Position numbers and translations under genes: made by a program
Assembly (NCBI GenBank): GCA_043228905.1
Contig: JBHGNT010000010.1
Coordinates: 18,290,001-18,354,000 of the forward strand
Length of the DNA stretch: 64,000 nucleotides
Origin: Azolla caroliniana
Lineage: Eukaryota; Plantae; Polypodiophyta
Direction of reading: 5' to 3'
Shown here: in pieces, positions 48,212 to 61,092 of the stretch
How the letters are laid out: every line of letters starts with the position of its first letter
Numbering within the stretch: position 1 is the first letter of the stretch
Notes under the pieces: model-generated
The model's input: only the letters and a program-made list of their open reading frames with translations
Databases searched by the model: none
Told to the model about the DNA's origin: nothing

Positions 48212-51200
48212 CTCCTCCGTTTCTGTCCATTGGAAAGGTACTCTATGTACAGCAACGTGCAATGGTGTAGCAAAGTCGGCAAGGTGCCGTATCATCCGAC
48301 TATGCCACCTTATTTGACCAAGGAATCGGCTTAAAGCCTTTGCGTTATTTGGTGCTGGTGCGTCGAGAATTGCCTTTACTTTATCCGGATCTACCGCGAT
48401 TCCTTCCCGACTCACCACGTGCCCTAACAAGTTGCCTCTTGCGACTCCAAAGACGCACTTAGCCGGGTTCAGACTTAATCGGTACTCGCGGCACTTTTCT
48501 AAGCATAGTCGTAGGTGATCGAGATGCTCTCCGTGTCGGCTGTAGACGGCGAAATCGTCTAGGAAGACCTGCATAAAACCGGGAATAAAATCCCCGAAGA
48601 TTTCCATAATTATCCTTTGAAATGTTGCAGGGGTTGTCTTTAATCCGAACATCATCACGACCGCGACGAACACTCCCCATTCCGTCACGAACGCTGTTTT
48701 CTCTTGGTCGGCCGGGTTCATTCGGATTTGGTTGTAGCCGCTGAATCCATCCAGGAAGCTGTAAACTTCGTGGCCGGCCACCGCATCTAGCACTCCGTCC
48801 GTGAATGGTAGTGGAAAAGCGTCGGTCACTGTCGCGGCATTTAGTTTCCTGTAGTCCACACATACCCGGATTTTGCCGTTCTTTTTCGGGACCACCACTA
48901 TCGGGCTCAGCCAGGTTGCCTGCTTGACTGGTCGGATAAATTCGACCCGGAGAAGCTTGTCAATTTCCTCCTTCACCTTTGCCGCATAGTTTGGATTCAT
49001 CCGGTACCGGCGTTGAGCGATGGGTTTCGCGTCAGTACTTAGATGAATTTGGTGCTGGTAGAGCTGGGGGTCCAGCCCTCGCATGTCTTCGTATGACCAT
49101 GCGAACACGTCCTTGAAATCCGTTAACAGTGCTACCATTGCCTGTTTTTCCTCCTTCGGCAATTCCTTCGCGACTTTTACCGGTCGGGGTTGTTCGGTTG
49201 TGCCGAGGTCCACCTCTTCCAGCTGGGATGCTTTCACCCTTTGGGATATCGTCATTTCTCTTTCTAGGGCTTCCTGTGCTTGGCGTAGTTCCCGGATCGC
49301 CGCTTTGTCCGGCTCGTCCGGCATTGTGATGTACGGCTCTACTGCTGCCGTGATATCCACCTCAAAAAGTGGGACGATCTGTGGGTGTTCCTCGAGGTAC
49401 CGATCAACTTCCTCATCCGGTAAGCCCTCCAACATGTTGATGCTTTCGGCATATAAAGGGGTTGCCTCCTTGCTAGTGAGCACCCGTGGTTGCGTGGCTA
49501 CCCGTACCTTTGTTTTCCCTCGTCGGAACGTGATCATATTCTTTTGCCAGTTTTGCTTGATATGCGCCGTTCGCAGCCATGGTCGTCCTAACAGTAGGGG
49601 ATATGCGCCTTGTACATTCAGCTCTAGTACCACGGCCGATATCCGGAATACGTGGCCTCCTATCGTTACTTCCAAGTCCCGGATAAGACCGGTTGGTCGG
49701 ACTGAGCTTGTATCCGCCATGCGTAACCAGAAGGGGCATGGTTCCCACTCCTGGATGCCTAGGTCGTCGCATGTCTGTCGACTGATGACGTTCACCCCGG
49801 AGCCTCCGTCAATAATTGTTCCTGGAATCTCCTTTCCTTTGACGATTGTCGTGATTGCTGGGCTACTGGTATCGACCACCGTTGGGCCTTCCTCCGGGTT
49901 GGAGAAAAATGCCGGTGCTGGCGTCGGCGTCGGTTTGCTCACGGCGGCTTGTAAGTCTGCTGTAAACCGCGGCACCAACTGCAGTAACCGTGCCAACGGC
50001 AGCACGATCTGACAATCTTGTAATGCTTGCCATGTCGGGTTTTCTCCTGGCTGTACGATTTCCTCATCCTTTGGCATATTTTGGTCTCTTACTTCCGCCG
50101 CACCTTGTTCGTTGGCTTCTTTGATCCATTGTGCCGCTTGTTTTCTGATTGCTTCCTGGGCTTCCCATTCGGCGGCCTTCCCCTTCGACCGCGTGGTAAC
50201 CTGCTGTACTTCGGCTGTCACCATGTTGACTGCCGGCTGCTTGTCGGTTGTTTTTCTTGGGCATTGATTACTGTAATGCCCCTCTTTTCGGCAGTAATAA
50301 CAGTACACCCTGTGCGTGTTGCTGGATTCTCCTTTTTCCCCTGTTTGGGGAAGGGGCATTCCCCGGCGGTTGTCCTCGGTTTGTCGGTTCTCCGGTGCCG
50401 CTACTGGTTTGTCATTCCTTGCTGCCTCCCGACGCTCCTCTCTACGGAAGAATCCACGCCTTTGGTTCCGTCGGAAATTCCGGTTCCCTGGCCGCCTTTC
50501 TTCTCTGCGTCGCTCGTATTCCGGGGATTCGTCTCGGTCGTACCGGTCCCGGGGGTAGCTATCCCTGCAGTTCTCCTCTCGGTCATAGCTGTCGCGTCTT
50601 CTATCGGGGTATCTGTCGCCGCGTTCTCTTCGGTAGCGGTCGTCCCTCCGGAATCGATCCTCTTCCGGGTCCCGATTGCGCGGTTCTATGTGTCGGACCG
50701 GTGCCGCTTGTCGAGTTAACAGGTTATACTCGCATCGGTTCGTTGTGTGGGCGCGAGAATTGCATATCATGCACTGTGCACGCAGGGTGCAGTCGACGGT
50801 CGAGTGCCCCGAATTTAGGCATGTTGTGCATTGTAGGGCTTGTCGGAACCGGAGGTCCTCCTCCTTCGGAAGCGCCTGGTGTAACGCCCCCATCGGCAAG
50901 AATGGGCTCGTCTTGTCCATTTCCAGGACCTGATCAATGACTTGGTCCATTGTGCTGGTGCTGAAATCGAGGATTCCACACATCGCTCGAAGTGGCTCTT
51001 TCAACGCAGCCAAAAAGACTGCTTTGGCCTCCTCTTCGGGTGGTGCTCTTGCTAATTGACTGTGCAAGGTCTGGAAACGAATGATAAATTGTGGGACCGT
51101 CTCGTTTTCTCCCTGCCGGGTGGTGTAGAATTGTTCGACCAATTCCCTTTGTTCCACTCGTCTATGAAACAGGCGTAAAAACTGGGTTTTCAATGCCTCG

Positions 51201-52034
51201 AACGTGGCGAAGCTGCCTGGTAAGTGCTTTGCGTGCCACCGGGCCGCCGGTCCTTCTAATGTCATGCCGAATTCGGCGACTTTGGATCGGTCGGCCTCGG
51301 GCTCCGTCAGTCTCTGGGACACGTGGTTGGCTTCCCATGTTCGCAGGAATGCATACACATGTGCCTCTCCGTCGGGCTCATCCCGATACTTTGGGTACGG
51401 ATACGACATCGTGTTGTCCCACTGATTCTCCTGCGCTGGTTCCTCCGAAGTCGGTATCCGCTCCTGCGGTTCCTCCGCAGGTGGTGTTGGTATCCGCTCC
51501 TGCGGTTCCTCCGCGGGTGGTGTTGGTATCCGCTCCTGCGGTTCCTCCGCGGGTGGTGTTGATAACCGCTCCTGCGGTTCCTCCGCGGGTGGTGTTGGGA
51601 TCCGCTCCTCCCTCCTCGGCGATTGCCGGTCACCGAACTCCAGAGTTATTTCCTCCTCTGGCTCCGATGTTGCTGAGTAATCCGACTCAAAGGGGTTGTT
51701 CTCGTGGCTGCTTTTATAACGGGATCCCACGCTTTCCCCGCTATCCGAATCCGCCTCTAATGTTGCAAATGCCGCTGCGTCCCCGTCGCCGCCGGCGAGA
51801 GTCTGTAGTAGTGTCTCCGCTTCTTGGAGGCTGGTTATGCTACTGCCTTCGTCGGAAGCTTGTAGAACCTGGAACTGCAGTGCTTCTTCTGCGATTTGCC
51901 GAAGCGTTTTGGAGAATGACCGATCGCGCCGGATCTCGTCGACGGCTTGCTGCAGGGCTTCCCGTCGTCGCTGCCGTTCGGCGTGGCGTCTCCCTCTTTC
52001 GGTGATGTGGCCGTTATTTTGTCTAGACATCCAT
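48212..52034 (-). CDS. Gypsy gag-protease-RT part
   Basis: Gag with zinc knuckles (CTTCLNSGH, CYYCRKEGHYSNQC), (ERIPTPPAEEPQ)n repeats, protease IIDGGSG, RT WLSPIVVVPKK..RVCVDYRKLN..FLDDF; rejoins ...EEKA|YQAL when the Copia and one TSD are removed. Start codon uncertain. Confidence 0.92.
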
Positions 52035-54269
52035 CCCCTGGTTGTCCTCTGCACTCTGCAGGAATCGTGGTCGCCAAAATAGTGTTGTATGTATGGCTGG
52101 ACTAGCCGCAACACAGGTGTCTATCCGACACTTCTCCAAAGGGGTGGTAGGGATAGGATGTTAATACACGCGTATGATAATTACACTTAAGCACAGACGA
52201 AGACAAGATCAATAAGCATAAGCAAAACTATATTAATTCTTCGTCACTTCATTACAAAACATCGGATCCTTTTATAGGCATCCGGCCAGATTACAATCGG
52301 TGCTCTCAGGCAACCGTTAACCGAAACCGAATCGGTTCGGATCCGGATCGGTTACAACTACCGGATCCGTCCCTCCTAATAATTCTATTTATCTATTTAT
52401 CCGCTTCGACTCCGATTCATTTTTGCTTTCCCATTTGCCTTCTTCTGACCGGCCAACAACGTCGGAAGGACAAATGTTCTTCTCGAATTCGGATGGTGGC
52501 CGAGGAGGAGGTCACGGTGGTAGAAGAGGTCAATTCGACCCATCATACGAAGGGAATTCAAACCTTCACAGAAGCCATCGAGGAACCTTCTGAAGAAGGG
52601 GGAGCAAAATCGGCCACCGCGAGGAGGAATGCCGAAAAAGAAGAAGCGAGTCGGCTTCCACAAGTCGACAACACACGAATTACGCCGTCAACTCCGAATA
52701 CGATGATTACGATAGACTATTCGTAATGAGGCATAGAGCGAACTCTATGTCGGCCTGCAACTCCGCAAGCACCTCCAACTCAGAAGACGTGTGGTTCGTC
52801 GACTCCGACGCCTCACATCACATGACATCTCACGAAGAGTGGTTTCGTGATTTACGAACGCTGGATCGACTCGGCTTCATAGAGACGGGAGACGACACCA
52901 CGCACCCAATTTAGCACATCAGCAATGTCCCATTCGGGAAAGAAGGCGAGCAAACTTGCATCAAGAATGTCTTGCACGTCAATAACGAAGAATTTGGTCT
53001 TGGTCGGCCAAATCGGGGAGCAAGGCATGCAAGTCCGCTTCAACAACGAAGGTTGTTTCATTGAGAAAGATGGTCGACTCATAGCTAAGGGGTGGAGAGA
53101 CGACCGAATGTTCATCCTTGATTTGAACAAGGTGAAATCGGCAATGTACACCAAAGGTCTCAAAACCGAGACAAGCATCGAGTTGTGGCACAAGAGAATC
53201 GACCACATAAACCTCCAACGGCTACGAGCGATGCAAACCAAGGGAGTCGTCATCGGACTTCCGACATTCGAGTCGATCGAGTATGCAAAGCGTGTCAACT
53301 AGGCAAACAACATCGATTCCCATTCCCGAAGGAGAGCTCCGCAAGCAAAGGCCTCCTCGACGTCCTACACTCGGATGTATGGGGACCGACTCAAATGCCG
53401 ATGATCGGCGGATGCCGATACTACGTAACCCTCATCGACGACTACTCCCGCTACGCGTGGATCTACCCAATGAAGAAGAAAAGCGAAGTGCTCTTTGACT
53501 TCCAAAAGCTCAAGGGCCAAGTTGAGAAAGAAATTGGTCAGCACATTCGATGCCTACGATCGGATGGATGCAAGGAGTACTTCTCCGACGAATTCACCTC
53601 CTATCTCCAAAGTGAAGGCATTCGGAGAGAATTCTCATGCCGACACACACCCCAACAAAATGGAGTAGCCGAAAGGAAGAATCGGCAAATACTTGAGGTA
53701 GTGCGCACCATGATGCATGAGAAGCACATGCCGAATTTCTATTGGGCCAAAGCGATATCCATGGCCGTCTATCTCATGAACCGGTGCACCACCAATGGTG
53801 TCCATGAGCTAACTCCATACGAGCTCCTCGTCGGAAGGAAGCCGATCCTGTCGCACCTCAAGGTGTTCAGAAGCATTGTGAATGTACGCATAACATGTTC
53901 TCATTCACAAGTGGAAGGATTGCGCATTCCACTTGTAGAATCTTCATGAAACTATCCAAATATACCCTCTCTACAAAAATTGGATGCACTAGTATCACAT
54001 GTTCCACAACTTGATTAGAATTTGCAAATATAAAAATACATGATAGGTCTACGAGTGGAGATCATTAGAAATCATGCAAGTTTGGACATGTTGATAAGTT
54101 AATGTAGGCATAATAAAGTTCAACAATGGCTCAATATGTCACTAATGTGCGACATGGGAAACACTAAGTTAAAGACTTATATTAATTTGGTAAGTTTTAC
54201 AAAAATATGAGGTGTACTTGTAACCATACTAATAAAATGAGTTATAATTTATACTTTGACCCATACTTG

Positions 54270-54545
54270 CATGTATATAATTGTGGACAATGTAGGATAG
54301 TGCACTTTAGGATAATGTGATTGGAATAACTAACTTATTAAAGTATTTAATACTTGTATTTAAAGTTGATCTAATCTATTCCTCAATTTGTTTGTATGGG
54401 ATCAAACCATATGTATATAATTGTGGACAATGTAAGACAATGAACTTTAGGATAATGCGGTGGAAATAACAAACCTATTAAGGCTTTCATACTTGTATTT
54501 AAAATTGATCTAATCTATTGCTTAGGTGATTCACAAGGGATCAAA
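54270..54545. repeat. Tandem duplication, ~140 bp x2
   Basis: ATGTATATAATTGTGGACAATGTA...TACTTGTATTTAAA.TTGATCTAATCTATT repeated. Confidence 0.75.
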
Positions 54546-54974
54546 CTCCGAATGACAACGCTAGTGGAACTACAAGTGTATAAAAACATGCACATAACGC
54601 TAGTGGAACCATTATCAACACACTACACAATCTAAGCAGCAATGGAAGAGAAACATAATAGTTTTAACAATAGAAGACAAAGATCGATAATAACAACATG
54701 GAAAATCATGGCAACAATTCTACGACCATGTTATGTTAAGGTAAACTTTGACCAAAATCAGCCTCAATTTAAACTAATTCATGTTTCTCCATAAATTTGG
54801 TAGTCAGCAATGCACGCGGTGAAACCAATGTCATAAGTCTACTAACCAAGTATATAAAAACAAAATTGAAACATATAGAAGATTATAAAGAATAGAATCC
54901 ACCAAGTAAAACCCAAAATTTGTATTAATAATGTGAAATCCAAACAATACATTTCACTTTTTTAAAAGAGTCTA

Positions 54975-57670
54975 TTACATAGCAATCAAATCGTCAATGT
55001 CATTTTCTTCATCATCCTGTATAGAAGTCTCTTCGGCTATACGTGCATTGGCTTCCCCTGTTTGTCGAGCCAACGAAGTATCTTCTATAAGCTCCTCATC
55101 AAGCTCTATTAGCTCCCCCGGTTCCCTAGCTAATGGAGGAATAGGCTCTCGCGAAGCAGGTTGAAACCTTTCAGTATCAGCGATGTTCTTTGCACCGACC
55201 TCCTCGTCCTGGTCTAGGCTCTCCCACAAAGCCTTAATCCTCATGTTTATAGATATAACCTGCTCCTCGTCCTTCTCCAATGCAACTATGTTTCTAAAGA
55301 GCTTCAATGCACATGCAAACGTCATTCCTGTGAAGAAAGTAACAAGAAGAATTAGTTCTCAAACAAAAAAGATTCAATATTGGTTATCTCAAGATTGTTA
55401 CCCTAGTTCGAGGAATACCTGTGCCAGAAAAGAGGTCTAATATCCAGTCTCCTTCGACAGAAAACATCTCGATCAAGCGCATCATAAGTTGTTGAGGTTT
55501 TTGGTAAGGGTTGACAAGTCCTCGTTCTGTCGTGGTGACATGTCGCAATTTCCGTGTCACTGCTGGATATACCAGTAGATTTGAGCCTCCCACTTCATTA
55601 GAATGCTCCTTGATTCTTTGTTTCTTAATTTCATCGAAGTAGCCAACCATGATGTATTCAATGGCATTAATGAACCGAAAGGTTGGCCCTCTATTTACAT
55701 TGGTTTTTATCCTATAACAAATATTACATCGAGTTAAGAATAGATTGAACAATCTTAAGAAAGGCAATATAGTGAATGTGACATATAAATAATCCTTACC
55801 ATGCAAGGTTCTCGATGCCATGGCAACGAGATCTCAAAGCTTGAGCTACCAAGTACCCTTGGTCCATACTATGAAAGACAACTATTCTCCACAAGGATGC
55901 AGTCGTTAGCTCAACAAAATCCTTGACCATCTTCTCCAACTGTTTAAACCTAAACGGTTCATCGTCGTATGATGACCCTACCATTTGAAATCCGTAAGGA
56001 ATATCCGCAATCATTAGTGTATATTCCTTCTTTGGTACTTTTTGGATCATGTCAATGACATCGCCACAAACCACTTTTTTGTGGCTAAATTTTTTGAAGG
56101 AGCTATCTTCCTCCATTTCGTACGCCTTGACTAAGCGACGATCCTTTTCTTTTCTGGCTCTCTCGAGATGTGCAAGGAAGGAGGTCGGGAAATTGTGTAT
56201 ATCCTTAACTTCTCCTTGTTTCTTGCCACGACACGGTTTCTAATAAAAGCAATAGGACATCAAGTTTTATTATACAAGCTCTACATATGATGAAAGCTTA
56301 ATGAAAAACCACCAATACTAACCCAATCCTTGAATGCAATAAAATACTTTGATAACGCCTTATATGAAGACGTTAGAGGATAATCCTCAGTCACTTGTTC
56401 CCAAGTTATACATCCAAGTTGTTTCATCATAACTTCTTGGATCTTCATGTACACCTTATGACTGTGAAATTAGAAAACGAGATTAGAATTTTCAATTGCA
56501 CCATATTGACTTCAATATCACTATTTGAAAGACTTACTTATTGAACTTAGTGACCATTTCTTCAAGGCTTAAATCTTTGGCCACAACCCTTGACAAAATT
56601 GACACAAGAAGTTGCTCGTCCTTAATACCTTGCATCGCTCTCCACAGAGACAACTTCATGTCGTCAGCCGCTTCTTCAATTGTCAAATCAATTTTCTTGG
56701 CTACTTGTGACTTTAATTCTAGTTGAGGGTCTACCTTACATTTCTTTTGTCGTTGACCCTTGACCTCCTTATTCTCCCACATTGAAAAGATTTGATCTTG
56801 TAGGTCCCATACTTCTCCATCTCTAAAGGCCAGTTGAAACCAAGACTCATATTTTCGAAGACCATCGGACTTAACATTATCATCTACCACAATGCCGACT
56901 TCATGCAAGCATTGACGTCGTAGGCCTAGATGTAGCTTCACACCAAACTTTTGTTTGACGTCCAAATACTCGTGGTGGAAGAACCTTATACGCTCAATCG
57001 ATGACATTTTCTGCCTATAGTCATTATCGTTATTGTGGTCCCATGCCAACAACTTTGCCTCTTCAGTTGTGAGACCCACGTAAATTTTGCACTCGGCATA
57101 CTTGAAGAAGAAAGTCGTTGGATGTTCTCTCACAAGTTGCCGACATGCCTCCACCGAATGCGATCCACCAATGACTAAGTAATTATATTGATCATGCTTG
57201 CTTATATCGAAATATTCAATGGTTTCACATTCTTTAGGATCCACCATAACAATAAAAGGCACAACGGTAGCATGTGGATTAATTTTCATTTTTTTCTTGA
57301 GATTTTGAACATGCATTCGGTGTGGCTCTCTAATCTCAAGTGGTCTTCGTCCTGTTTTTTCATCAATAAGGGGCCGATGGATGTGTGTTATAGGCAAATT
57401 AAACACTTGCCCTTTCCTTACTAGTTTACGCTGCATTAACTCTCTCCGTATCTTATTCAGCTCGGATGACAACACACCCGATGGTAGCTCAACTCCTGAC
57501 GTCCCCTTAGTGTCCTCATCTTTGTTTAAGCTTGATGAGTCGGAGTCCGACATTTTAGTCGTCTTCTTTTTTGCTGGTCTTGATTGTACTTTAGATGCCC
57601 TTTTCGGGGCCTTTACTGGGGAGGGCAATGGCTCCCTTAGAGTTACATGGTCTTGTATATAAGGCCTCAA
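54975..57670 (-). CDS. ParB/Srx-like domain fused to a beta-class amino (N6-adenine/N4-cytosine) DNA methyltransferase; 5 exons, about 785 aa; 5' end uncertain or degenerate
   Basis: Exons 57670-56538, 56461-56323, 56239-55800, 55711-55419, 55327-54975 joined by 76-91 bp GT-AG introns in one frame. Motifs in beta order: VVCGD..D, MIADIPY (motif IV, DPPY variant), W.K, NPYQKP, ILDLFSGTGMT..ACA...RNIVALEKD (motifs I/II). N-terminal PFIVMV...YLVIGGSHSVEA...EEAKLLA...N resembles a ParB/Srx fold. Confidence 0.8.
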
Positions 57671-58688
57671 GGTAGCAATAAGGTTTTGTGAGCTTTCTAG
57701 ATCTTTTTTAAATGCTTCTGGCCCACAAGATTTCTTACTATAAGATCTTCAAAAAGGAACACTTTACATACCCCCTTAGAGCACTCTATCATTACAAGTA
57801 TGTTGGCTGATTCTGAATCTTCGTAGTCAAATCATAGAATACGGCCATACATAAATGCGGTTTCATTTTCAAGCTGCCCCTCACCCTTCTTCTTTGTTGT
57901 ATACAACACGACTTTTTTCTTAGAGTCGACGTATTGCATACACCATTCCTTGTCCGTTAGATCACGGTCAGGAAAGTCTTCACCACCAGTAGCTACTAAT
58001 AGTTTCTGACCTCATTGGTGGTTGAGATTTTGTCTCCTCGTTGAAGAGAAGCTTTTTTCCTCTCTTCATGTTCTCGGGAGCTATTTGGGTCTGGCTTTCA
58101 ATTGGAGAGCCCTTTATCCGGAGCTTTATCTTCTTCACAAGTCGGTATGATAAATTCTCAAACGACTTATTTAAGAAAGGATATGCGAAAACATAAGTTA
58201 GGTGGTCACGTAGATTAAGGTTGTTTATTAAAATACACATAATTAGAAGAAGACAAAAACTAGCAGGCGATTTGTGGTAAACTATAAATATGACTCATGC
58301 ATTGAGTGAACATGGTAGTCCTTTATTCAGAAATCCATTCTAGTAAGGGCTATTCAACTTAGAAAATATATATCTTAATAAGTATACAAGGATAAATATT
58401 ATCTTGAAGGGTAGGTATGGCTTATATTGATTCCATATCCATATTCTAGAGAATTTGCATATGATAGACTTGAATTTGGTATCGTAAAGGTAATTTGTGG
58501 GTTATTTTCTACTATTTTAAGCTATACTAAGTCATAAACCCTCTATAATTAAAGCCCCTATTAGTTACAAAATATGGCAAATCTCCATAAAAAAAGTCTG
58601 ATTTTGATAGAAAGTTTGATATCTTTTCACACAATACTAAATTGTTGCCCCAAAGACACAATATTCCTCTTTAAATTGTGTGTTTTAT

Positions 58689-59006
58689 ACAGGAACATGA
58701 TACGGTGTATCGAGTTCCTGTATATAGTTCGTGTTTATACATGAACTCGATGCAGGGTATCGAGTTCATGGATCAAACATATACTTTACACAGGAATTTG
58801 ATACGGCGTATCGAGTTCCTGTACAAAACGTAAACTTTAAACAGGAACTCGATACGGCGTATCGAGTTCTTGTATAAAACACAAACATAATGTATCGAGT
58901 TCCTCTGTAAAAGACGTACATAATACAAGAACTCGCTATATCGAGTTCCTGTTTAAAACGCATACTCTATACAGGAAAACACAAACTGTGTACAGGAACT
59001 TGATAC
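58689..59006. repeat. Array 1 of palindromes ACAGGAACTCGATAC-NNN-GTATCGAGTTCCTGT (~50 bp period)
   Basis: Copies at ~58689, 58739, 58789, 58840, 58925 plus half copies; 15-bp arms with a 3-nt centre. Confidence 0.9.
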
Positions 59007-59954
59007 GTTGTCGTGAAAATTCGCCAATAAGCGTGGATCGTGAGGCGGAACCGCCGGGGTTCTAGATGGGAAGGATTTAGGGCTTAACATTTAATGTATT
59101 TTAGGCTTTAAAGAATAGCAATTTCCCTCTAATAAGAGTAAATTGGTAGTATAAGAGATCAAATAATAGTTAATTACATTTATGCATAAGCAAATCTTCG
59201 AGTAGGAGATTATGTGAGATTGAATAATACTTAATAATGCTAATAAGTAAGAAAAACTTAGATTACGGGAGTATGAATGACACTTAATTATCTTTATACA
59301 TAAGCAATGTTTAAAATAAGAGAGCATAAGAGAAGAAATATGGAAAGTTTTTATTACTAAATCATCAATATAATGGACTTGTTTTGATACATGATTTATT
59401 TTTTTATTTATCTCCCCTTTTGGGGTATAAGAGTATGAGAGAGGAAATATAAATCTTTTCTTATTCAATCCCCCTCTTATATCTCTTCTTCTTAAAATAA
59501 GCTCTTATTTATAGGTTTACTATGGTTTGCTTTATTTTTCTCCTAAAAAAAAGCTTGTGTATATGAGTTGCATTTTATTTCTATCACTATCTTATTTTTG
59601 TAAGTCCAAATTAGTCCTGAAAGCTATTTTTGGAAAGCTCTTTGAGTTAGCTTTCATATGAATGTTTTTTTGTCTAATTTGGACACCGGATGAGGAAATT
59701 ATGAGCTTTTTTCTCTACCTTGCTCCTCAACTCCACGCCTTGCGTTTTTTTTTTTGCGTTTATTATTATTATTATTATTATTATTTTACTTTTTCTATTT
59801 TTTTCTACTTTTGAAAATTCACTTCTACCTTCTTATCTTTTCATCATTTATTACAAAAGTTGACTTCACAATATTAGTTTATTTCAACTACTACTTTTTT
59901 CTTTTTTTTCTTTTTTTTGTGGTGGTTTCACACTATGTGTTGAAAACATCACGA

Positions 59955-60227
59955 CAACGCCGTATCGAGTTCTTGTATAAACACGAACATAATACAGGAA
60001 CTCGATACAGCGTATCAAGTTCCTCTTTAAAACAAAAACTTTAAACAGGAACTCGATACCCTGTATAATGTTCGTGTTTAAAATGAAAACTATAGACAAG
60101 AACTCGATACGGCGTATCGAGTTCCTGTATAAAACCTAAACTTCAAACAGGAACTCAATACGCCGTATCGAGTTCCTGTATAAAGTTTGTGTTTTATATA
60201 GGAACTCGATACGGCATATCGAGTTCC
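59955..60227. repeat. Array 2 of the same palindrome
   Basis: Copies at ~59994, 60045 (half), 60096, 60147, 60198, plus a partial copy at ~59955; 51-bp period. Confidence 0.9.
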
Positions 60228-60480
60228 AAAGTGCTAAAACATATTTACAAAAATGTCCACAGTGTTAGAGGCTTACTTGGAGTCCTAGCGCTCGATTTTC
60301 TTTGAAGACATGGTTGATCTTGTCGATGTTTAAGCGGAGATCTCGCTTTCATGCTTCATGCTCTGTGTGCTCTGTTTGCTCTATGTGCTCTTGTGCTTCG
60401 TGTGATTGAAATATGACGAGGTCTTCCTATTTATAGGGATTGACCACAATGGTTAAAGTAACCACATTCACTTTAACCAG

Positions 60481-61092
60481 GGTTGGCAAGCTTGGGATCT
60501 CGGTCCCTCCGGATGGGATACGAAGGCCAAAATGACGAGTACCCGGCAAGGAAGACCCGGTGATAACCGAATGACGAGTACCCGACAAGGAAGACCTGGT
60601 AAGAACCGGATGTTGCAGGCCCGATGAGAACCTCTCATCGGATGGAAGGGACATATATGTAAATATGTTCCAGAGAGCCCACTGGGGCTATATTTGTAAA
60701 TAACCCGAAAGTCATATTAGTATAAATATAACCTAGGGCAAACTTAATAGTCACAATGATAGAGTTACTAGTGTAACTTCTGTATAGTGTGTAAGAGTGA
60801 TAGAGAGAGCGTTATACAGAGATCGTGTCTCTGTTGTAACCGCCGTTAGGCGAAGATTGTGAGCAAGAGGTTGTTGCCTCTGTACTCCCTGTTGTATTTA
60901 TTTGACATAGTGATAGTTTGGAGTCTGTGGACTCCTGTGGTTTTTCCCTCTCAGGGTTTCCACGTTAACATCCTGTGTATTCTCTTTCTGTTTTGCATAC
61001 TTACCCCCATTCCCATTTCTTTTGTGTTTGATCGTCATCAAGTGATCTACCCTTCAGTTGTGGCCGGAGATTATTCTGCATATTTCTCGACG
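60481..61092 (+). mobile_element. Degenerate solo-LTR-like segment flanked by a 23-bp direct repeat
   Basis: GTGATAGTTTG...TTTCCACGT.AACATCCTGTGTA block is shared with the reverse complement of 62270-62350; flanks GTAACCACA(T/A)TCACTTTAACCAG at 60458-60480 and 61093-61115. Confidence 0.6.

Larger units (their letters stand above)
36864..52458 (-). mobile_element. Full-length non-chromovirus Ty3/Gypsy LTR retrotransposon with extra 3' ORF
   Basis: 376-bp LTRs 36864-37239 and 52083-52458 (3 substitutions counted by eye), TG..CA ends, 5-bp TSD ACGTC (36859-36863 / 52459-52463), minus-strand TATA-like CTATAAAAG in the LTR. Confidence 0.97.
35650..53891 (+). mobile_element. Outer degenerate Ty1/Copia element (5' LTR ~35650-36103, PBS 36104-36115), split by a Gypsy insertion and truncated after integrase
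   Basis: TG..CA LTR followed by the tRNA-iMet PBS TGGTATCAGAGC; gag remnant 36288-36858 with stops; resumes at 52464 with protease WFVDSDASHHMT, GAG-pre LWHKRIDH and integrase (HSDVWGP, LRSDG..EY, QQNGVAER); similarity stops at ~53891. Confidence 0.85.

Noticed and set aside
37204-52082. Long plus-strand ORFs such as 39256-40059, 49083-50012 and 51091-52005
   Set aside because: Antisense shadows of GC-rich retrotransposon coding frames; no independent motifs.
54975-57670. Bacterial or phage contamination as the source of the methyltransferase
   Set aside because: The frame needs four spliceosomal GT-AG introns and is embedded among plant LTR elements.
58689-60227. CRISPR array interpretation of the regularly spaced palindromes
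   Set aside because: Eukaryotic context, spacers only ~17 nt, AT-rich and similar to each other, repeats degenerate, no cas genes.
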